Source of the DNA: Candidatus Heimdallarchaeota archaeon
GTDB lineage: Archaea; Asgardarchaeota; Wukongarchaeia; Wukongarchaeales; JBHIFL01
Reading direction: 5' to 3'
NCBI GenBank assembly: GCA_046761065.1
Contig: JBHIFL010000066.1
Coordinates: 1 to 22,104, forward strand
Length of the DNA stretch: 22,104 nucleotides
Position numbers and translations under genes: made by a program. The notes beneath the pieces are model-generated. The model saw only the letters and a list, made by a program, of their open reading frames with translations, was not told where the DNA came from and did not search any database. Shown here piece after piece: positions 1 through 7,354 of this stretch; the stretch's first letter is position 1, and every line of letters begins with the position of its first letter.

Positions 1-1204
1 AGCCACCCCAAATCTCTGTTAGGATCCGTAAAGCGTTTTCCCCGATGATCTTCCGAATTTCCGTATCGCTATATCCGTTCTTGACAAGCCACCTAGTAAC
101 ATTGGGGAAGACTTCGGAAGGATTGTCTAACCCTTTAACATACTCAACTTGAGGGAAGTCCACTCCTGCATGCACCCCTTTGATGGAGAGTTGTGCGGTA
201 AAGGCTTTATGCAAGCCAACATGGTCACCAAATAAAGTATCTGGGCCGATACCTACATGATCGATCCCAATTAGCTCGACACAATAGACAACATGGTCCA
301 TGAAAGAATCTATACTGTGTTCCTTGTGTTTTAATGATATTGTAGTGTGGGGCGCACTTTCAACGCCAATGACGCCACCTTTTTCGGCCATGGCTTGTAA
401 AACCTCATCAGGCATCATTCTACGGGAATCCCATATGGATCGCGCACCCGTATGGCTCATAAATATAGGAGTGCTACTAGCTTCGATGGTATCCAGAGCA
501 GTCTGGTCACTTGCATGTGAAACGTCTATTGCAACGCGCAACTTGTTCATGCGCTTGACACACTCGTAACCAAAGTCAGTTAAACCACCATCGCGTTTTT
601 CTCGTAAGCCGGAGCCTAAACAATTCGACTCGGAATACACGACTCCCATCGAACGAAAGCCCAGACCATATAGAACATCAATGCGATCAACCTCATTTTC
701 TATTGGTGTAAGCGCTTCAATTGTTGGAATGAGAGCCACTTTGCCAGTCTCATGTGCATATTTTATATCTGCCACCCGTTCTCCACGAATCACGAAATCT
801 TGGTGGGCAATGTCGGAAAGCCGCATTCCGAGGTCATAGATAACATCGTTCCATTTCCAACCCATCTTACTAGAAATTAAGGCTGTTCCATTCATCAAGT
901 TGTCAAAGACAGCGTCGATGTACGAGACATTCAGACCTTCATAAGCCGTAACTTGTCGTGCCTGTCGGTTGTACTCAAAAATGTGGGCAAGGTCTTCTGG
1001 GAAGACAACGGGATGATCATGGCAATCGATGATAATGGACTTTTCGAGAAGCTCTTTGACCCGTTCCTCTTCAGTTTTACTCACAGGTACGACGTAGGGT
1101 TCGACACGACCAATCTCTTTGGCTAGCTTGAAGGCAAAATAGTCAACTTTGGGTTCCAAATAGCTCCAAGACTTATATCCTGAATATTTCTTATTTCCAC
1201 CCAT
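1..1204 (-). CDS. Membrane (renal-type) dipeptidase, peptidase family M19; runs off the window edge, probably only the stop codon is missing
   Basis: Hand translation from ATG 1204: MGGNKKYSGYKSWSYLEP...IIDCHDHP...IEALTPIENEVDRIDVLYGLG...DGGLTDFG...IDVSHAS...MSHTGAR...GGVIG...GIDHVGIGPD...IIGENALRILTEIWGG. These are M19 motifs (HxD-like, DxSH, SH, HVGIGxD). SD GGAGGA at 1211-1216. Absent from the ORF track because no stop lies in the window. Confidence 0.93.
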   Translation of the reverse strand, partial: MGGNKKYSGYKSWSYLEPKVDYFAFKLAKEIGRVEPYVVPVSKTEEERVKELLEKSIIIDCHDHPVVFPEDLAHIFEYNRQARQVTAYEGLNVSYIDAVFDNLMNGTALISSKMGWKWNDVIYDLGMRLSDIAHQDFVIRGERVADIKYAHETGKVALIPTIEALTPIENEVDRIDVLYGLGFRSMGVVYSESNCLGSGLREKRDGGLTDFGYECVKRMNKLRVAIDVSHASDQTALDTIEASSTPIFMSHTGARSIWDSRRMMPDEVLQAMAEKGGVIGVESAPHTTISLKHKEHSIDSFMDHVVYCVELIGIDHVGIGPDTLFGDHVGLHKAFTAQLSIKGVHAGVDFPQVEYVKGLDNPSEVFPNVTRWLVKNGYSDTEIRKIIGENALRILTEIWGG

Positions 1205-1222
1205 TTTCGTTCCTCCAGTGAA

Positions 1223-1234
1223 TTGTCAAGACAA
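1223..1234. promoter_or_regulatory. Palindrome TTGTC-AA-GACAA, candidate operator of the dipeptidase gene
   Basis: Perfect 5-bp inverted repeat between an AT-rich TATA-like element (about 1248-1258) and the SD at 1211-1216. Confidence 0.35.
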
Positions 1235-1432
1235 GGCGAAACAACCGATAATATATTAGTTTTTCCTCACACATGAAAACCCCTCAAGTCGTACATATTT
1301 ATTCCCTTGAAGTTCTCTATCGTGATATGTTACAAGAGCCACCCACCACGCAAAAAACTCGCCGACATTCCTATCATCATAAGAAATAATGTCCGGTACT
1401 TGGTGACCCACTTCCAGAGTAGCATTAGCGTG

Positions 1433-2620
1433 TTATTCCAAATTAGTGCTTAGCACTACATTACCACCGGAATGAAAGAGAAGCGCCCCAAAGAAGGCCC
1501 CAAGTAGTGCCAAGAGGCCACCTACAAAGAAAACACTAGAGAAACTCCCGAAAGAGATGAAAAAAAATCCAAAAAGAAGTGGTCCAAGGGTCTGGCCACC
1601 GTAAAAAAAGGTATTAAAGATAGACATGACTCCTGCGCGATGCTCCATTGGTGTCACTTCATTTAGATAATTGTAAATATGCGGCAGGATGATCCCGTGG
1701 CCTGCGCCAAAGAGTGCAATTAATAGGAACACTCCCCAAAGTGATGGCGTAAATGGAAGTGCGATGAGGGCAATAGCGTAGAGGACCAGCCCCATGGGAG
1801 GCAATCTTTTTCGTCCAACATGGGTATCCAGCCACCGGCCGCGGGAGGCAGATACAGCTCCGACCAATTGCATGCAGGACAACAGTAGCCCGCGCACGAA
1901 AGGAGAGGCGTCAAATCGTACAACCACCCATAGTGTTAGGTACGTAAGGTACGGACCATAGAGGAGAATAGGCCGTGTAATCCCCATCAGAAAAGCGGCT
2001 ACAACCCCACGTTTACATAGGAGACGCAGAATCGTAGTCATATAATTAAGGGATAATCCTAGGATTCGTTTGGGTTTAGGGGTGTCGAGTTTCAGAAAGA
2101 TCGTAATAGCAAGGGGCACGGTTAGGATATAAAAGAAGAGTGGCAATCGCCATGAGTATGCGGCTAAAAGCCCGGCGGCAGGGGTGAGTAGTGCCACTGT
2201 CATGTTTGTCGTAATGAACTCAGCACCCATCGCTTCGACTTGCCTTTGGCCTTCAAAGAGATCCCCAATCAAAACTGGCAAGAGAGGCATCATTCCCGCC
2301 AAGCCAACGCCCTGAAAGGCTCGAAGAATAACAAAGACCAGGAATGTCTTAGCATAGGCACAGAGGGTTCCAGCAACCCCAAAGAGGATAAGATTAGGGA
2401 CAATAATTTCGCGTCTCCCGTATTGATCCGCAAGGCTTCCAAAGAGGGGAGCAAGGAAGGCGGCGGGAAACGTATAGGCGGCAATGATGAGCCCGATATC
2501 CTCTTCCGAGACACCCAGAGCAATCCGGATCTCAGGTAGAGTCGGAGCGATCAGTATAATTCCGGTCATGCAAACAATAGTAACAAGTAAGATCAATTGA
2601 AGGTTGATATCACATAACAC
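1433..2620 (-). CDS. MFS transporter (DHA1-like)
   Basis: 395 aa, about 12 hydrophobic segments, motif A GSLADQYGRR, RAFQGVG, second repeat WLDTHVGRK. GTG start; an in-frame TGA at 2627-2629 prevents extension. Confidence 0.92.
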   Translation of the reverse strand: MLCDINLQLILLVTIVCMTGIILIAPTLPEIRIALGVSEEDIGLIIAAYTFPAAFLAPLFGSLADQYGRREIIVPNLILFGVAGTLCAYAKTFLVFVILRAFQGVGLAGMMPLLPVLIGDLFEGQRQVEAMGAEFITTNMTVALLTPAAGLLAAYSWRLPLFFYILTVPLAITIFLKLDTPKPKRILGLSLNYMTTILRLLCKRGVVAAFLMGITRPILLYGPYLTYLTLWVVVRFDASPFVRGLLLSCMQLVGAVSASRGRWLDTHVGRKRLPPMGLVLYAIALIALPFTPSLWGVFLLIALFGAGHGIILPHIYNYLNEVTPMEHRAGVMSIFNTFFYGGQTLGPLLFGFFFISFGSFSSVFFVGGLLALLGAFFGALLFHSGGNVVLSTNLE

Positions 2621-2648
2621 AGACAGTCATGAGCACATCCTAACTTGA

Positions 2649-2664
2649 TTTCAAGAACTTGAAA
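2649..2664. promoter_or_regulatory. Palindrome TTTCAAG-AA-CTTGAAA upstream of the MFS gene, candidate operator
   Basis: Perfect 7-bp inverted repeat with a 2-nt spacer, about 30-45 nt upstream of the GTG at 2620. Confidence 0.4.
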
Positions 2665-3186
2665 CAAAAGCTGAAGCCTACAAGAGGGCTAATAAAGTTA
2701 TCGGGTCACTACTACACAAGAAGTGTGTTGACAGAAATGGGATGCGTATTCCCGCTCCTTTTGCACAAGAAAAATATATGCTTCAAAAAGTAACTAGGTA
2801 CCCTATTAGTGAAATATTTGCTTTGAAGAATCATATAACAAAACAATAGCCGCTTATTCCATTTCAGAGGGTACTTTAAGCAGGCAAATAGAATGCAACG
2901 CTAAAAATTTCTATTTAGTCTAAATTCCTTCTGAGTTGTTTTAGCAACGTCTTGTCCTTATCGCAATTCATGCTTGCAATTCAAGATTATCAAATCATTT
3001 TCATCATCAAAACCTCTTAATCAGAGTTTATTATTTATAATTGTTTTTCAAAAATTTTTAGAAGGAATTATCTACCAGTAATATTAGTAAAATCTCTGTT
3101 CTGCACAACCGAATTTGTTGGAACTATGAAGAACTGTAAGAACATCTGACAATACGATATGTTTGTCTTAGAAGTAGGCTCATCGG

Positions 3187-3219
3187 GAAAAAATTTTTAT
3201 TCGTATAGGATATCATATA
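3187..3219 (+). promoter_or_regulatory. BRE/TATA-like promoter plus near-palindromic candidate operator of vapBC
   Basis: GAAAAAA-TTTTTATT (3187-3201) followed by TATAGGATATCATATA (3204-3219, 14/16 self-complementary) just before ATG 3236. VapBC modules typically autorepress through such palindromes. Confidence 0.5.
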
Positions 3220-3235
3220 AGATAGAGTTCAAAAA

Positions 3236-3439
3236 ATGGGTTACAAATCGGTTAGCCTGAGTGTAGAAGCGTATAATGTGCTTAAATCACTAAAAAGAGA
3301 GGGAGAATCCTTTAGTGATGTTGTACTATGGATAGCGCATAGTCCCGATATTGCTGAGATGCTGGCACTTGGTAGAGCATGGAAGGATATCCCGGTCGAA
3401 GAGATTGAGAAGCTGAAAAAAGTCGCGCGGGACAGGTAA
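3236..3439 (+). CDS. vapB: Archaeal VapB-family antitoxin (DUF217-like)
   Basis: KSVSLSVEAYNVLKSLKREGESFSDVV signature; 67 aa; 3 nt upstream of a PIN-domain gene. Confidence 0.9.
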   Translation: MGYKSVSLSVEAYNVLKSLKREGESFSDVVLWIAHSPDIAEMLALGRAWKDIPVEEIEKLKKVARDR

Positions 3440-3442
3440 CCT

Positions 3443-3889
3443 ATGGAAGAAATCTGCTTAGATACTGATTTTATTATTGGTTTTTTGGTAGGTCGACCTG
3501 ATACCATGCTGAAGCTGTTCGAGCTAGCAATCTTTGGGAAACAGCCAATTACAACGGCAGTGAATATCTCTGAACTGTACAGAGGTATAACCATGCGCCA
3601 ATGGCAAGAAAAACGCAGAGCGGTTTTGGGTCGATTTGTAACGCATATCTAAGTACTTCCACTTTCAAAGGAGAACTCACCCAAAGTAGGGGAGCTGCTC
3701 GCGCGTTATGAGAGGGAGGGGAGATCGATCGGATACCAGGACACAGCAATAGCAGGAATCGCCATATGTGCAGGAATCCCTCTTTTAACCCGAAATATAG
3801 AGCACTTCAGCAGATGTAAGAGGCTTGAACTGGAACACTTAGAAGCGCACTCCTTCCAATGGACAAATGAGACGGCACACAATATGTAA
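3443..3889 (+). pseudogene. vapC: VapC PIN-domain toxin interrupted by an in-frame TAA at 3650-3652
   Basis: N-half ICLDTDFII...TTAVNISELYRG. The same frame continues after the TAA as VLPLSKENSPKVGELLARYEREGRSIGYQDTAIAGIAICAGIPLLTRNIEHFSR...NM* (stop 3887-3889), which is the PIN C-terminal DxxIA/LLTRNxxHF half. Reconstructed length 148 codons. Confidence 0.9.
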
Positions 3890-3943
3890 GGAAAGTGAAA
3901 TACGCCAGATAGAAAAGGAGATCGGCCAAGTATGTTTTCTAGG

Positions 3944-4189
3944 CTATTGACTCCAAAGTTTATAGGCATTTACAATAACCAAGCCTTCAGGTTCGCCACT
4001 TGCATTCATTTCTAAATAAACAGGGCCTTGTTTGTCAATCATGTCACTTTCGACTATTTCAGGACTAATATTAAAATAAATGTAGAGAATATCGGCCTCC
4101 TCATCGTAATCTAAGCTCACAATTCGTGGGATGATCAAAGCGTTTTTTTCAAGCACTCGTTTGACAGTTTGCAAGGGATTAATTTTCAT
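3944..4189 (-). CDS. DUF2283-family small protein (putative antitoxin)
   Basis: LDYDEEADILYIYF...GEPEGLVIVNA motif. ATG 4189 overlaps the upstream TAA (TAATG coupling) and is preferred over the ORF-track start at 4213. Confidence 0.85.
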   Translation of the reverse strand: MKINPLQTVKRVLEKNALIIPRIVSLDYDEEADILYIYFNISPEIVESDMIDKQGPVYLEMNASGEPEGLVIVNAYKLWSQ

Positions 4190-4518
4190 TAAAGTTCTTG
4201 CCAATCGGAGCATCTCCTCTTCAATTTCTCAATATTCATGGGTATCGCTGTGATAATAAAGCCATCGATTTCGAACTCTCTGTAGAGAACAACTAGGCAC
4301 TCTGTGAACCCTCCTCTTCTTCTCCACTCAGTATTGACAGCATGTATTTCACATCCCTGCGGGTTATGAAAAAGGTGGTTAGGATCCTTGACAGTTTCCA
4401 AGAGATGAGCTATTATCAATATTTTCGGAAAGCGTTTTCGTGTGATATGTTGCCATTGGGTCTTTGTCAGGCGAATCATTTTGCCGGTCCGTGACAACGT
4501 CTCCCCAAGGACAACCAA
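4189..4518 (-). CDS. Putative RelE/BECR-fold toxin paired with DUF2283
   Basis: IRLTKTQWQHI...LETVKDP...LVVLYRE..DGFIITA pattern typical of DUF2283 partners; TTG start with SD GAGGAG at 4530-4535. Confidence 0.7.
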   Translation of the reverse strand: MVVLGETLSRTGKMIRLTKTQWQHITRKRFPKILIIAHLLETVKDPNHLFHNPQGCEIHAVNTEWRRRGGFTECLVVLYREFEIDGFIITAIPMNIEKLKRRCSDWQEL

Positions 4519-4648
4519 TGATAATCCGGCTCCTCTGGTATTTCAACAGTTAGAATGGAAGAGTCAAAAGTTTTTTCACAAACCCGCACTTTTATCTTTG
4601 CTCATGCTTGGGACTTTTAAAAAACCCCCTAGTCTGCCGAAATCACAT

Positions 4649-4717
4649 TCCTTATTTAAGGATTGACCTGTAGAGCAGTCTCCTCGAAACTGCTATGGCA
4701 TTGAGGAGGATTAATCC
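4649..4717 (+). promoter_or_regulatory. Structured upstream/leader region of the amidohydrolase pair (palindrome, anti-SD hairpin or pseudoknot, SD)
   Basis: TCCTTA-TT-TAAGGA (4649-4662); stem AGCAGT 4674-4679 with ACTGCT 4689-4694; loop TCCTCGA complementary to TTGAGGA 4701-4707; SD GAGGAGG 4703-4709; palindrome GGATTAATCC 4708-4717. Confidence 0.45.
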
Positions 4718-5623
4718 ATGGAAGTTCGACCTGAAAACCTAGAGATAATTGACTCACATGCTCATTTCATAACCCGAGCCTTTTTTGAAGAACGTCTCCT
4801 GCAGGGCAACGCTCTGGCAAAGATAGAACGACGGTGGAAAAAACTCAACCGACCAGCTTGGGAGATTCCCGAAGAGGGGGAAACACATCAGGATCTGGCT
4901 AATAAATGGTTAATTGAGATGGACAAATTTGGCATTACGAAAATGGTTTTCTTCTCTATGGACAGGAATCTTGCGGAATTTGGAAAGGCCATGAAGTCAT
5001 CAGAGCGTTTGATTGGCTATCTGTATGTTAATCCCCATAAGGAAGATGTTCAAACGGAAATTACAAACGCGGTAGAGAAACACGGTGTGATGGGCTTGAA
5101 GTTGAACCCTGTACTACACCATTACCACGCCTATGACCAAGAACTCATGCATCCAATCTACGAACTGGCTCAGACCTACAACCTGCCTTTGGTCTTTCAT
5201 TTCGGCTTAAGCATTGGAACAGGCGCGGACACGCGATACATGAACCCCGCAGACATTTCGTGTTGTGCCAGAGACTTTCCTGACGTGAATTTCATTCTTG
5301 CCCATTTTGGGACTGGGTTTTTTCGAGAGGCGTTGTTCACCCTTTATCATGCTGAGAACATCTATTTGGATACCTCTTCAAGTAATGCTTGGATTAAATA
5401 TCTACCTTATGAGCTTGATTTGAAGGGCGTGTTCAAGAAAGCGTTGGAAGTAGGAGGTCCAGAACGGTTGATTTTTGGCACAGACAGTTCCTTTTTCCCT
5501 AGAGGGTTCAGATATGACATTTTACAGGAACAACTCCAAATTCTAACATCTCTGAGGGTTTCTCTAGAAGGCATGCAACAGATCTTTGCAGGAAACATAC
5601 GGCGGCTGTTGGGCCTTTTGTAG
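4718..5623 (+). CDS. Amidohydrolase_2 family metal-dependent hydrolase (TIM barrel), paralog 1
   Basis: IIDSHAH, GLKLNP, VFHFG, ILAHFG, YLDTS, IFGTDS motifs; strong SD. Confidence 0.92.
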   Translation: MEVRPENLEIIDSHAHFITRAFFEERLLQGNALAKIERRWKKLNRPAWEIPEEGETHQDLANKWLIEMDKFGITKMVFFSMDRNLAEFGKAMKSSERLIGYLYVNPHKEDVQTEITNAVEKHGVMGLKLNPVLHHYHAYDQELMHPIYELAQTYNLPLVFHFGLSIGTGADTRYMNPADISCCARDFPDVNFILAHFGTGFFREALFTLYHAENIYLDTSSSNAWIKYLPYELDLKGVFKKALEVGGPERLIFGTDSSFFPRGFRYDILQEQLQILTSLRVSLEGMQQIFAGNIRRLLGLL

Positions 5624-5666
5624 GGCTGTAGATTCAAAACATTTGTGGGAGGTTAGGTGATCTCTG

Positions 5667-6587
5667 GTGTCTTCTGATGTGGTTCATGTCTGGGATTCAC
5701 ATGCTCATTACTTCAGCAGGAAAACAATGGAAGAACGGGCAAAAAAAGAAGGTATTACCCTCGAAGAGATGGGAAAGCGATTTAAAGAACGAAGAATACA
5801 ATTGGGTCTACAGGATACACGATTCGAGTTGCCTCCGGAAGATCCTATAAAACTGGCGAAGCAATGGATTGCGGAGATGGAGAAATACTCTCGAGATGGA
5901 GTAAAAATCGACAAAATGGTATTCTTCTCCCGTGATCTTGATTCCTTGAATACAATGACTCGTTTCTCGGACCGGCTGATTGGCTTTGTTTTCCTAGATT
6001 TAGAGCAAGATAAAAACCTGACAGAGGTTCTAAAACTCGCAACATTTAAATATCGGGTCAAAGGGATAAAAATGATCCCAGGAGAAGCGCAACATCACGT
6101 GTATGACGAACAGCTCTGGCCGATTTACGAGTTTGCAGAAAAGCATCACTTACCGATTACGATGCACTGTGGGTTGCTCATTGGGGGAGGGGACCTGCGC
6201 TACTTGAACCCATTAGAAGTCCAACCAATCGCACGAGAGTTCCCGGAAGTGACCTTTATCCTTGCTCACCTTGGTGGAGGCTTTGTGAGAGAAGTCCTTT
6301 TCTTATTTTATCAGACGGACAATATCTTTGTTGATACCAGTTCGAGCAACATCTGGTACAAGTATCTCCCTTATCCAAATCTGTCTTTAAAACGTGTATT
6401 TCGTAAATATTTAGATACGGGAGGTCCAGAAAGGATTATATTTGGCACGGATAGTGGCACATTTCCTCGAAGGTTTCGAAACAATTTATTACAAGAACAG
6501 CTAAGACTCCTCCGGAACCTAGGCATGTCCCACGAGGATATTCAAAAGATTATGCGGGATAACCTTGCCAGTTTATTGCCTGATTAG
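5667..6587 (+). CDS. Amidohydrolase_2 family metal-dependent hydrolase, paralog 2
   Basis: WDSHAH, GIKMIP, TMHCG, ILAHLG, FVDTS, IFGTDS motifs; GTG start preceded by GGAGGT/AGGTGA. Confidence 0.92.
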   Translation: MSSDVVHVWDSHAHYFSRKTMEERAKKEGITLEEMGKRFKERRIQLGLQDTRFELPPEDPIKLAKQWIAEMEKYSRDGVKIDKMVFFSRDLDSLNTMTRFSDRLIGFVFLDLEQDKNLTEVLKLATFKYRVKGIKMIPGEAQHHVYDEQLWPIYEFAEKHHLPITMHCGLLIGGGDLRYLNPLEVQPIAREFPEVTFILAHLGGGFVREVLFLFYQTDNIFVDTSSSNIWYKYLPYPNLSLKRVFRKYLDTGGPERIIFGTDSGTFPRRFRNNLLQEQLRLLRNLGMSHEDIQKIMRDNLASLLPD

Positions 6588-6617
6588 CTCGTTTGCTCCT
6601 AAACACTTATATTGATA

Positions 6618-6664
6618 ATAAAACTACCGATAAAACTACCTGCTTGACTTTTTAGATAAAACTA
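6618..6664 (+). repeat. Three direct copies of ATAAAACTA (the first two extend to ATAAAACTACC)
   Basis: Copies start at 6618, 6630 and 6656, upstream of the DUF4258/DUF2283 pair. Confidence 0.7.
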
Positions 6665-6713
6665 GTTGACAGTTGAACTTCTTAGTATGGTTCTCGGATC
6701 GGGTTGATCTTTG

Positions 6714-6953
6714 TTGAAAATCAAGTACAGTTCGCATGCAGAATTAAAACTTAAATCTAGAAAGATCGATAGAAAGATCATCGAAGCTGCTATCCGAAAA
6801 CCTGACAAGAAAATGAGGAGTAGATTTGGTAGGACAATATATGAGTAACAGATTTCAACAAATTTAACGATTTGTGTAATTTGTGAAGAAGAAAATGATG
6901 ATATACTTATTGTTGCTACCTACAAAACAAGAGTTGGTAGGTATGTTTATTGA
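6714..6953 (+). pseudogene. DUF4258-family putative toxin interrupted by an in-frame TAA at 6846-6848
   Basis: Hand translation from TTG 6714 (or 6711): MKIKYSSHAELKLKSRKIDRKIIEAAIRKPDKKMRSRFGRTIYE*QISTNLTICVICEEENDDILIVATYKTRVGRYVY*. It shows the DUF4258 pattern (HAxxxxxxRxI...I..PD...V.E....IV), and its end overlaps the DUF2283 start. Confidence 0.85.
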
Positions 6954-7149
6954 TTATGATGAAAAGCACGATATAGTCTATATCCGATTTTCAAAATCCG
7001 AGTATGCCTATAGTGAAGAAAAAGAATCAATTATTATTGACTATGACAACGAAGGCAAAGTTATTGCTTTAGAAATCTTAGATGCTAATAATGTGCTTGA
7101 AAAACCTATCCAACAAATGTTAAAGGTAAAAGAAACAGCAGGGTCCTAG
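6943..7149 (+). CDS. DUF2283-family small protein (putative antitoxin)
   Basis: MFIDYDEKHDIVYIRF...IIIDYDNEGKVIALEILDA signature. ATG 6943 (68 aa) is preferred over the ORF-track start at 6883. Confidence 0.9.
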   Translation: MFIDYDEKHDIVYIRFSKSEYAYSEEKESIIIDYDNEGKVIALEILDANNVLEKPIQQMLKVKETAGS

Positions 7150-7354
7150 ATTTTAAATCCTTTACTTTGATGGAGAAATATCTCGAATTTTAAAGGACCG
7201 TAAACTGTCCATAAAAATCATGGTTTACTTCGATATTATACAATTAACATCACAACAAGTGAATCCTACGAACATATAAAATAGGATTCTGATGTATGTT
7301 GGCTTCTACGCTGGAATTCCCTCCTCCTCAGCAATTTCCTTATCCAGTAGCCGA

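Noticed and set aside
300-569. 89-aa plus-strand ORF
   Set aside because: Antisense shadow of the M19 dipeptidase gene.
2923-3069. MITE bounded by AATTCCTTCT / AGAAGGAATT inverted repeats
   Set aside because: Only 10 bp in AT-rich DNA, the flanks (GTCTA / ATCTA) are not a perfect target duplication, and there is no second copy in the window.
6618-6664. CRISPR-like array
   Set aside because: Repeats are 9-11 nt with irregular 1-15 nt gaps, and there are no cas genes.
3650-6848. Stop-codon reassignment or programmed read-through explaining the two in-frame TAA codons
   Set aside because: TAA ends many intact genes in this window (first MFS, ilvC-like, SDR, PRTase, KdaD-like, PLP enzyme, OCD-like). 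Internal TAA is seen only in the two toxins, so nonsense mutation is simpler.
3236-7149. Integron cassette array or other mobile element carrying the TA pairs
   Set aside because: No integrase or transposase, no repeated attC-like sites and no terminal repeats found by eye; orientations are mixed.
7150-7354. Hairpins and an orphan SD-like run (GAGGAGGAGG, minus strand) between the convergent DUF2283 and ilvC-like genes
   Set aside because: The stems are short and imperfect, and no start codon follows the purine run at a usable distance.
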